From the NCBI GenBank assembly GCA_965655095.1, contig OZ296649.1:56358001-56422000 (forward strand): DNA of 64,000 nt, written 5' to 3'. The number at the start of each line of letters is the position of its first letter. The stretch's first letter is position 1. The position numbers were made by a program, and so were the translations under genes. The notes under the pieces were generated by a model. That model was not told the DNA's origin. It searched no databases and worked only from the letters and a program-made list of their open reading frames with translations. This document shows, piece after piece, positions 1-11,200 of this stretch. The stretch is from Haplodiscus bocki (taxonomy: Eukaryota).

Positions 1-596
1 CGTAGTCGGAAGCCTCTGGGTTCTACAACCTTTGACTCAATTGCTTTCACTTGAACAGGGCTGTTCTAGCTTCAAGGCAATGTTATTAGTTTCTTTTTTC
101 AGAAAGACAACAGATGCGTACGTGTCGCTGACGTTCATTTTGTACTCGTCGAGTTTGTCCTGTATTGCTTGCAGTTTGTGGTTGTTTTCTTCGGGGCGGT
201 TCATTCTGGTGGCGTAGACGTCTTGAACTAGCGTTTCGCATTCATTTTCAGCGCACAAATTGCAAAGAAAGAGCACGTTTCTTGTCACTTCTTGAAAACT
301 TTTGACAACTGAAGTTGAGAAACCAGTACATTCTGGCGCCATGTGGAGTACTGCACCACAAGAGAAGCACCAAAAGCGTTGTGTTGCAGATACTTTCTCA
401 TCGCAAATTTTGCATGTGGTCTTGCCACGTTTGCGGGGTTCTGATGGACTCATTCTTTGAGCTCCCAGTCACCAAGCAACGTCCGAGGTAATTAAATCTC
501 AGGAGTCACGAGGAAGTCAGGAGAACAAAGTTTCGAAACCTGTAGACTTTTCTCGGGTCCCGAGCAATGTCCGAGATAATTAAATCTCAGGAGTCA
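1..596 (-). mobile_element. 5' end of a CR1/L2/Jockey-group LINE with a PHD-finger ORF1 (ORF 453->37), running off the window start
   Basis: ORF 37..453(-) has a PHD-type Cys/His pattern (CKIC...CFSC...H...C...CNLC) followed by a coiled-coil-like stretch, the usual ORF1 layout in these clades. Confidence 0.7.
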
Positions 597-925
597 ACAA
601 TTGCTGATATGCAGTGCTCGTAGTGTATGAGAATTCGCTGTAGCTGCTTTGGCGTCAATCGGGTGTTGAATTTTGAAGGGTGTCTGGAGAGGGAATTGTT
701 GACAGCGTCGTGCCAGATGATAAATTTTTCCTTCTTGGAAATCTTTGACAGTCTTCCTTTTGACAGCAATGTAGGAATAACCTTGAGGTCGTTTTTGTTG
801 TTCTGATTGAACGAAAGACCAGGGATTGCTGTTATTGTTTTCTTCAGGGTTCGCTTGGATTTGTAGTCAATTTTTTTTCATGACTCGGGAGAATAATGAG
901 GCGCCAACATTATGGACCATTTGTC
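587..925 (-). pseudogene. Truncated SGNH/esterase-like ORF, probably TE-borne
   Basis: Translation HNVGASLF...ITAIPGLSFNQ...FIIWHDAVNNSLSRHPS...SAIV aligns by eye with the ORF at 8353-8917. The fold assignment is inference. Confidence 0.45.
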
Positions 926-1175
926 GTTGAGGGGAAAAGATTAGGGGGCCGCCACGGCTTCCCCAGTAATTATATTCCTGAAAAGACACATAATGAGATG
1001 CATTGACCCATCATTATTGCTTTCATTGTCTGTGAAGCAATGTTGCCGTGCTTTGTTGGACATATTTCTTAAATCAAACTATTTAATGATTTAATTTACA
1101 ACAATTAGGCTCACAACATTTGTAGCACGAACTATTTTTTCACTGAAATAGCTACTTGCTACCACCAAAATATTA

Positions 1176-1371
1176 GCGGGCCAAAAGACCAATTGCAACT
1201 TTCTTACAAACATTACTAAGTGCGCTCTTGATAGCCAATGGTGGATTGCTTCGTTTTGAACGGCTGTAAAATTTCACTTCAATATGAAGTTCCATTCCTT
1301 TTATTACCGAAAGGAAATCAAGTTGAGAGAAACATTGTCGAGTTGGCAAAAGTTTCCAATTAATGGCCCGC
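1176..1371. mobile_element. Candidate MITE with TA flanks (Tc1/mariner-type)
   Basis: Imperfect terminal inverted repeats TA|gcgggccaaaagaccaattgcaacttt ... aaagtttccaattaatggcccgc|TA, about 200 bp, non-coding. Confidence 0.45.
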
Positions 1372-2124
1372 TAGAGTTAGCCTTACCAAACTGAAAGTCT
1401 TTATTTATTTCAGCGTAAGTGCTGGTGGTCATCTAACGTTGCTTTCAGTCTATAACTCAGTCAAGTTCCCTGAAACGCTATACCCACCACTTTGGTTCAT
1501 ATCCCTATTATGGAAATAGCTAGCGTTTTCATCGAATCGTGATTTTCGGAGATCATTATTTCGGATTTGACGAGTCCAACTCGTGCTATCCGATAAATTT
1601 GAGGTGGTTATTAGGCAGTAGTTAGGAACTTGGCATTTTTTATATTAGTTTTTCTTGCGTTCTGGTTGCTTTTTATTACAGCCACGAAACTGGTTTTCAA
1701 ATTCGTCCATGACACAACGAAAGTTTCTTTTGGGTGAAAGGTGATGTATGTTGGCAGGCACGCCTTTGTTAAGATGGTTGAATTCTCCTTTGTGAAGTAG
1801 GAAACATTTCTAGGGCTGGTTCGACTGATCGAATTGAATGGAGTTCGAGCTCACTATCCTTAATTATCACTTGATTAAGTTGTAAACGTTGGTAATTAGT
1901 TTGGAAAATGGCTTGGCCTGACTGACCAAAATAGCTTATTGATCTGAAGTAAAGTCAGCACATCAATCAATGACGTAATAATCTTAGAGGAAGAGTTGAA
2001 GTAAATAGTACTCAGTAATATGTTCCTTTCAGATTTTTTTGTTGCCTCTGAACACAGAATCCGATCAGAGCAACTAATTTTGATGGGACAGTGGCATCTT
2101 CAGATGATAAAAACTGAATTCTAA

Positions 2125-2284
2125 ATGTCCTTGAGCAACGGATTGGAAGATAGCGAGCATGCATCTCTAAATGGAGATGTTGGGCGAGATGATGATGAGC
2201 CAGTGCTTTTACCATCTGGTAAAAGACTCGTCGTCTATCCCATTGTGTATTCGGATTTGTGGAGTCTCTACAAAAAAGCGCAAG
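2125..2284 (+). CDS. RRM2: R2 exon 1
   Basis: MSLSNG...[29 protein letters not shown]; donor caag|gtttta, phase 1. Confidence 0.9.
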
Positions 2285-5200
2285 GTTTTATTTGTGCTCT
2301 TTTTGTTTGAATGGTTTCTCGTGATTTTGTTCAATGTAGATGTGTGTGGGTCTTTGTAGCATAAAATATGTTTTCAAGTAATTCTAATCTCTATCAATAA
2401 AATTTACCAGATGTGCTTCATCAAGAACTGCAATTCGTTAAAGAAAAGTGTTGCAAAAAATCGTTTACTTCAACATCGTCTATTGCTCTAGCTACTTATT
2501 TTCAGCCATCCTTAATTTTCGCTGAAACTCTTTCGGCGGACCAGTCTGACTTGTCGAACAAGAATGGACGTTTACATAGAAGAATTAATTTGATGGCAGT
2601 GAACAGCTCGGCAATTCATGACAATTCGAAGAGCAATTGGGTTTGAGCGATTGAAATCATGGAACGGTAAAACAAAAGCAGATGTAAGGCGTCGATTTTG
2701 GAGTGAACATGCGAAGTTACAAGACTGAAAATGATTAGCTGTCGAAAAAGTTTCGGTGAACTTACAATTTAGGGCTTTTACAAGTTATGTATAGACTTAC
2801 AAGCATGATTCCTTAGTTTGGGCAACTTCTTTCGAAAAATCGCCAGAGAATACATATCGAGACATTCGATGCGAAATCTGTTTTTTCGGACTTACTTGAG
2901 AAATTCGAACGAACAAAAATATTATAGATTTAAGGACACAGTGATTAAGTTCGACGCCCAATATACACCACTCACCTTGATTCTTTGGTTTTTGTCGAAA
3001 AACATCTGAACAACTTAAGTGAGAAAACTGTTTGTCTTCTTAAAAATGAAATGAACAGTAAATGTTGAGCTCAAATGTAACAATTTTAATTGTAAATTTT
3101 CAGCTGGATTTTGCTTCCCTATTGATGTTTTGCTTTTAACAAAGTAATCACTGTAAACATGATAAACTCGATCTAGAGTTCATTGCAGAATGCAGATCTA
3201 TCGTTCAGTTACAAACACTACATTTCCCACTTCTTTTTCAGTGGTCCATTTTGACCATTCCTGAAGCTACGTTCGTTTTCTTTTAGCCAGCGTTTCCAAA
3301 AGCTTTTGTTTTTGAGGCAATTTCATCCACCGTGGACGGAAAATATAGCAGCGCTGCTGGGCCTCTTGTTAAACTTTTGACTGACTTTCATCTTACAGCC
3401 TTTCTTGTTTCTGACCGTTAGTTCAGACATAATGCTTCCAAAAACGAAGCAGTATGTTTTGTATTTGGGCCCATCTCCCAACAATAGAGCTTTCTTGAAA
3501 TCTCTTTCATTCATGGAAAAGTACTCCAAAATCTTTCCACTTGTTCGGCTTGCCGGTTTGAGTATAGTTTGGTCGTGTGTGTCATCGGAGAGTTATCTGT
3601 TGGACCTTGAATTGAATGCCTTATCGATTTCACAAAACAGAATTAAAAGCACTTCAAAACTTGCTCAATCTTGAAAAGGCTCTCATTCTTTCTTTTGGAA
3701 GTTCTTCGATTCAAAGGGGTTCAAATTTTAACTTGAAACGATTGAACGTAATGATAATAATCAATGTTTTGCAGAACTGGTTTTCTCCAGGCAGGAATCC
3801 AGTCATGGCTTCGATTTGCATCGTAGTTTGAATTGTCGCGCCGTGCATAGTTGCGAGATCAGCATCCGTTATCACTAATCATGCCCAATCTTTTTTTTTG
3901 AGGAACGATGTGAGGATTTTTAATTTCCTAAGGGCCCAAGTTTTGGGTAATTCTGTCTCAACTCAATGTGTCTGGACAATTTTTCAAGTCCGCAGTCACT
4001 GAACTTCGAGATTGTGGAAGCGAACAAGAATTGAAAACGTAATCTTGCAGCTTAGGACTTACCAAGAGACAATCACTGTGACGTTCCTGATCTTGTTTTT
4101 GCGCCTGCATCAAAAACAACCCTGAGTTTTGCCGTTATGTTATCTTTTTCATGAACCCAATGATGAAGAATACAGTAGCCTTGGGATTTTTCTATTTATC
4201 TTTGGGGAATTTTTTGGAGATGGACAAAGTTCATAACTTTTTGCATTCTCTCAGCGCATTGTTTGTGCAATTCAGGATTACAACGTGATTTTCTCCATCG
4301 TTTCATCGCATTTTTATTATTATTAGGGATTTACAGTCTTACCCATGATAAAACTGAAGGGTTTATTCAACCCAAACTAAAGATTTGTTTAGCACCTAGT
4401 TTGGCGACATGTTGGACAAAGACATAGTTTGCGCCAGGTACAAGGGACCTGGGGATTGTATGTGTCCTCGAAGTGCTTCCAGTAGTGGTCCAGAAGACCT
4501 GCTTTAAGGCCTTCTGGTTGAGACAGGTTTGTCATCGGGTGTAAAAGATTTGCAAGCTTCGCGCTTCGATACCAAAAGTTTTGGCGTTGCACGTCATTTG
4601 AAATAGGCATTAGGTCGAAAAGCTGGTTTCGTCTCTGTGATGGTTTCAGGAATGGTTGCCAGTCAAAGTCAATTTTGTTCGATATGATATTGGAAAGAAG
4701 TAGAATATCGTTAAATTCTAGATACAGAGACAGGGGGAGGAGATTGAGCCTCTTCAAGGCTACAGTGTAGTTGGGTTCGCCGTATGCGAGTACCCATTTC
4801 ACTGCTTTCCATTGGGTCTGCTCGAGCTTTCTGAGGTTAGTCTTTGAGGCGTACCAGACTGTACTACCATATAGGAGGATGGGCAGAACCATTGATTTCA
4901 CCAATTTGAGTTTCGTGCTGGTTGATAGTCCCTCTACTGTGTTCCGTTTTAGGAAACAGAGGGCTGAGAAAGCTTCGCATGTTGTCTCTTGTATGTGCAC
5001 TTTCTACTTCAGATCATCTGTCACATGAAGCCCAAGGTCTTTGGTGGACAAGGAGAAGGGTACAGGCTCGTCAGCTAGTGTAAGGTTTTGGCATGGGGAA
5101 CCAGCAAAGCACATGTGTGCACACTTTGATACATTGAATTGCATTTTGTGCTTTGAGCACCACTGGTGGATGATGTCGAGGTTTTCTTGAAGATTGCTAG

Positions 5201-8200
5201 CTTCGCATAATTTATGAATGCTCAGTAGTTTGGAATCGTCGGCGAAACTGAATATATCGCAGTTTAATTTTTGTGGCATGTCGTAGATGTATAGCAAAAA
5301 GAGAAGCGGACCCAGTAGTGATCCCTGGGGCACTCCGCTGAGTACCAGGAGGAGATCAGATGCTGTGCCGTTTATTTTGACGTATTGTTTACGATTTGAG
5401 AGGTAGTGTTCGATGATACTCAGCAGTTTCCCTCCGACACCGATGTGTTTGTTTGCTAATGAGGATCGAGTGGTCAATTTTATCGAAGGCTTTGGCAAAA
5501 TCCAACTACACAGCTTCTATGTTGGTGTCAGAAGTTTTGTTGGAGTAGATTTTGCGTGGTAGCTGAGAGATAGTTGATTTTTTTTTGGAAACCGTGTTGG
5601 GACTGGTGGATCAGATTTGTCACATAGGGGAACAAAGAATCGAATATGCATTTCTCCAGGATCTTCCAGAGTCTACATAGGAGGGTGATTTGTTTGTAAT
5701 TATTACAGAGTGATTTGTCACCCTTTTGTTGATCGGCCTAATTTTTCCTGTTTTCCACGCGTCCAGGAACTTGCATTTGTCTTTGATAGCTTTGAAGAGG
5801 TGGGAAATGGACTTGGAGAGGGCCGGCGTTTTCTTGGAGAGAGACGCTAGGAGTTTGTCGTGCCCACAAGATTTGTTTTCATTCAAATATGAGATGATTG
5901 ATAGCACTTTGTTTTCCGAGATGTCGTAGTTCACCAGGGTTGGGCCATTGCTTGCTTCGTTCTGACGTTCTTGGTTGTTTTTTTTGTGAGGACACGGATT
6001 GGAAAAACACGTTGAAGAGGTTTGCAATTTCTATCGGTCGTCGCTGTCGTGTTGTTCCAAAACATGGATGATGGCAGGACTGGTGGCTTTTTGATAGTCC
6101 TGTAGCATTTGAAGAGCTTCTTTCCGTCTCTGCTGGCGGCTAGTAGCGTTTCGTATTGTTGTTGGTCCGTTTTCAGTTGTCTGTCGCATGCTTCAATCGC
6201 TTTTTCTGTTTTGTCGCTGTTTCCAGTTCGCTGGAGGGACTGCACTCGTTTCAGGAGACGGGAACCTTCTTGAGACACTCTTGGTGGAAGTGACTTTCGG
6301 TGCTTGGTTCTGGCTGGCACGGTGGCTTTCATTTTTCCCTCTAGCCAGTTTTGCCATTGGGAGAGGAGGACGTCGGGGTTTGACCAACAGATCCCTTTAA
6401 GGCGGTCTGTAGCAATGCTTCTGTCTAGTTCATCGTAGTCTGCTTTGCAGAAGCTGTACTGCATTATTGAGGGCCAGTGCGCAGCGTGGTGTTCGAAGTG
6501 TATTTCCACCTGGATTGCTTGGTGGTCGGAAGCCGCACGTCCATTAATCGAATATTTCGCGTTGAGGATAGCGTCGTGGTTGGCCTGCACAACAAAATCG
6601 TCTTTGCATAGAAGGACGTCCAGTGTTGCTTGGTCGAACGTGGGGATTCTGATTTCTTTTGACACGTGTAGCTGTTCCAGTGCTTGAAGCACTTCCGTTT
6701 CGTATTGGTTTTCAGAGATGAAGGATTCCCAGTTTGTTTTTGGCATGTTGACGTCACCTGTTATGACGAGTTGGGGATATTGGAGTTCCTGTAGGCCTCT
6801 ACCAAATTTTCCCATTTTGATATTGGCCCGCGGTAGGGACTGTATTCGGGCGGGTTGTAGTCGCACACAACCAGGAGAGTGTCGTCGATGGTGCAGCCAA
6901 CAGCGTCTTCGATGTTGTTTAATTTTTCGTACAGCTTATGTGGCATGTTTTCTTTTATCGCCAGTAGCACGCCTCCGTGTCTGCTTTTTGGGGTGTATTT
7001 TCTATCTGATCGGTATATCTGGTATTCTGTCAGGCCGATCTCGCTGCTAGCATTGTCTTGTGTTAGCCAAGTTTCAGTGAGTGCTAAGATCTCGCTGTTT
7101 GAAAGAAGCGCTGCTTTTGATAGTGTATTTCTTCGTTTTTTCGATATAAGGCTTTTGACATTGAAGCAGCTGATGTGAAGACTTTGGTTGACTAATAGTC
7201 AACTGTCGGCCGATTTGGCTTCTTCGATTTTTCAGTAGGTGCTTGGAGTTTGATTTCTGTACCGTTTACAAACAGTTTGAGGTTACGAATGCGGATGTTA
7301 TCTTTCTTCTCACCGTTTTTAATCAGTTCTCTTCTTTAGGAGTTCGTTTTCTATTTCTTTTTCTTGCTTGGTGAGGGCGGCGGAGATATAGACCCTTGAT
7401 TTGAAATCCTTCAGTAGCTGTGCGCGATCAAGGATGCGCTTCGCATCCCAGCTTGTTGATACCGTCACTAGGGCAGTTCTCGGTCTTTGAGGACTAGGTT
7501 GTTCACTTTTCGGAGCTCGCTTGGGTTTTCCGATGCGTTCAATGAACGAGATGTTGGTTTCGATTCCTAGATGGTTGAAGACCTCCCGTACTTTGCTATC
7601 CAGGTGGTTTGTATCGGACATGTTTGACCCCGGTGTGGTTTCCTCGATTCCGTCGGTCCTGACCTGTGACGAGGTTTGCGTGAGGTTTTCAGCCTTGGTT
7701 GGATTTCCAGATGATGCATGGATTAAGTTGGAGTCTAATGCGTTAGATTTGAGCTTGTCTGGATATGTTTTTGTTTGGGTTTGGAGGGCGCACTTCACCT
7801 CAGTTTGGATGGAGGCTTTTACTTCTGTCCGAAAGGTCTCAAGTTGGCTGTTGATTTGGGACTTGACTTCGGTCATCAGGGAGCCCGGGTCAAGCAAGTC
7901 TTTCAGTTCTTTCCTCAGGTCCGCTACCTCCGTACAAGCAGATTTTTCGTGTTGGAGTAATTGGACTGCCTCTTTGAGAAGAAAGATCAGGTTGGGTTTT
8001 GTGGCCACGGCACTGTTCATGTCTCTCCAGCCGCTGTTGACTTGCCGATTAGTTCTCTGATTGAAGGACAGCATCCAGGCTTAGTGGAAATTTTGTCAAG
8101 ATCAGAATCAGACTTGAATCGAGTTCGCGTAGAATTGCTGAGATTGTCTAGTTGGGATGTTGATCGTTTGGGAGATCGAACGACTAAAACGTTCAGACCA

Positions 8201-11200
8201 GTTGGAGTAGGCGCCGAACGACCGAAACGTTCAAGCGGGAAGTTACGAATAACCACGTTTAAGCAGGTTTGATGTGCCGAACGACCGAACGTTCAGGCAG
8301 AGAGGAGTGATAACAAACGACTACACGTGAGAGGAAAGATGGTACTGACCAGTTAGTAGCGATGAGGTTTCTTCTTTCCTCGTCTCGTTGTAGTTAGAGA
8401 TTTGGGGTTGTGTGCATGTGCTAGAACTGTTCTCAGCCACTGTAGCTCGAGGTTTTCGTTTATGTGCGTTTCCGGGAGTTCTGCCTGGAACTCTTCTGAT
8501 TTGCGTTTTCGATGATTTGTAAGTTTTCGCCGTTCGATCACAATTATTCCGGTTTCCTTATGGAGTTTCAGGAGGTCCGGGAAGATATCAGCAGTTTCGT
8601 CTTTCTGGGTGTACACAATAGCCGAAAATCTCGAAGAGTTTTCTCTGTATTTGCAAGAGCTTTTCACTCGTTATGAGAGAACCGTTGGATGGGTTTGGCG
8701 AAATTGAATTACTAATGACGTCGTGCCAAATAATTGTGGAAAAAGTACTTCTCACCAGGAGTTCGGCAAGGTCCTTGTTGGCGTTGGTCGGGTTTGAACG
8801 ACAGTCCTCGGATGTGACGTTCCTCCGGAGACTGCCCCGTACGGTTGGGTCGTCGATTGATTCGATCGCCCAGTACATTGAACTCGCCGCGTAGATGTGG
8901 GGTTGCCCGTCGGTCATTCACCACATATCCACCTCAAACTATATAATAAGTTTATCACAACAATGAGGCTTTGTACTCACTCCAATTTTGTTACCATTTT
9001 CTTTGGACGGTAATGGGACCACAAGTCGGTCGTCTGTTTTCCTTCTTCCACTTGTGATGTCATAGTATTTTTCGGAAGTTTTCTCTCCATGGGTGATACG
9101 TTGGAACTTTTGCCAGCTCCCAAAACTGAAGTATCAAATCTTCATTGGTCTCATTCGAAGCCACTGAAGAAACGTTTGTGTAATTGAAATCACCTATTAT
9201 ATAGTAAGCAACATCTTTGACTGCACATGTCTCTATCCATCCAACGATTTCCACGGATTGCAACACCATCATATTTAGTTCTTTGTCCATAAAAGTGCCT
9301 TGAGAATGTCGCCATCAAGCAAAATACCCCTTTCTCCTTTTTTTGAGTAAGATTTGCAAGATGAAAATTGTTATGTGTTTCAGTTGTGGATTGTCGATAG
9401 GTGTCGGTCTCCAAGTGTTGGTGATTGTTGGGACTATGCGAAGATATGCGTCGAATACTTGATATATTCTAGTTGGCATCACGCATGATTTTTTAGACTT
9501 TTCCAGCATCAAAAGACCTGAAAGGATTTTGAACATTTCGAAAAGCTTGATGCATTAAAAGATTCGCTTTGGACTCAGTGATAAACCTCCCCTCTGAGCC
9601 ATTGTCTAGAAGTGCTCGCAGCTGTATGCCATTTCTTGTTTTGTCTCAGTTTTTACAATAGCTGTGGAAAGAAGTACATTACTAATGTTTCTAGTGGCAT
9701 GTGGACAAGTGTCTTAGTTTTGGGTGATTTGGTTTGTTTCGCAATGACATGTGATAACTGCGCTATCAGTCTGTTCATTAGGAGCTGAAGTGCTCGAGTT
9801 TACTAGGCTGTTACTAGTTTTTCTTTCTGTAATATCGAACCAGGCTTCAGTTTACATTCTCGTGTAAATTTCGAAGGCGGTACTGACTCCATGGACAATT
9901 TGAAGACAATGGATTATGCTTGCATTCAGCGTGTGTATTTCAGTCTGAGGGGATTGCAGACAAGTGAAAAAATTGGGCAGGAATGTAATTTGTGCTTCTC
10001 ATGGCATGTGTCTTTACATACGTCAGGTGCAGAGTACTTTTGAATAGCTCCTTGGCTGCTTGGTGCTTGTTTCGAATGTGTTATTGATTCTTTACTGTAG
10101 CTCGAGGTTTTCGTTTATGTGCGTTTCCGGGAGTTCTGCCTGGAACTCTTCTGATTTGCGTTTTCGATGATTTGTAAGTTTTCGCCGTTCGATCACAATT
10201 ATTCCGGTTTCCTTATGGAGTTTCAGGAGGTCCGGGAAGATATCAGCAGTTTCGTCTTTCTGGGTGTACACAATAGCCGAAAATCTCGAAGAGTTTTCTC
10301 TGTATTTGCAAGAGCTTTTCACTCGTTATGAGAGAACCGTTGGATGGGTTTGGCGAAATTGAATTACTAATGACGTCGTGCCAAATAATTGTGGAAAAAG
10401 TACTTCTCACCAGGAGTTCGGCAAGGTCCTTGTTGGCGTTGGTCGGGTTTGAACGACAGTCCTCGGATGTGACGTTCCTCCGGAGACTGCCCCGTACGGT
10501 TGGGTCGTCGATTGATTCGATCGCCCAGTACATTGAACTCGCCGCGTAGATGTGGGGTTGCCCGTCGGTCATTCACCACATATCCACCTCAAACTATATA
10601 ATAAGTTTATCACAACAATGAGGCTTTGTACTCACTCCAATTTTGTTACCATTTTCTTTGGACGGTAATGGGACCACAAGTCGGTCGTCTGTTTTCCTTC
10701 TTCCACTTGTGATGTCATAGTATTTTTCGGAAGTTTTCTCTCCATGGGTGATTCGTTGGAACTTTTGCCAGCTCCCAAAACTGAAGTATCAAATCTTCAT
10801 TGGTCTCATTCGAAGCCACTGAAGAAACGTTTGTGTAATTGAAATCACCTATTATATAGTAAGCAACATCTTTGACTGCACATGTCTCTATCCATCCAAC
10901 GATTTCCACGGATTGCAACACCATCATATTTAGTTCTTTGTCCATAAAAGTGCCTTGAGAATGTCGCCATCAAGCAAAATACCCCTTTCTCCTTTTTTTG
11001 AGTAAGATTTGCAAGATGAAAATTGTTATGTGTTTCAGTTGTGGATTGTCGATAGGTGTCGGTCTCCAAGTGTTGGTGATTGTTGGGACTATGCGAAGAT
11101 ATGCGTCGAATACTTGATATATTCTAGTTGGCATCACGCATGATTTTTTAGACTTTTCCAGCATCAAAAGACCTGAAAGGATTTTGAACATTTCGAAAAG

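Noticed and set aside
3323-3700. Retroviral-type integrase remnant ([12 protein letters not shown])
   Set aside because: There is a single weak motif and no supporting HHCC or DDE context.
7521-8272. Plus-strand ORFs of 179 and 103 aa
   Set aside because: They are antisense shadows of LINE ORF1 and its 5' region, with no recognisable motif or splice support.
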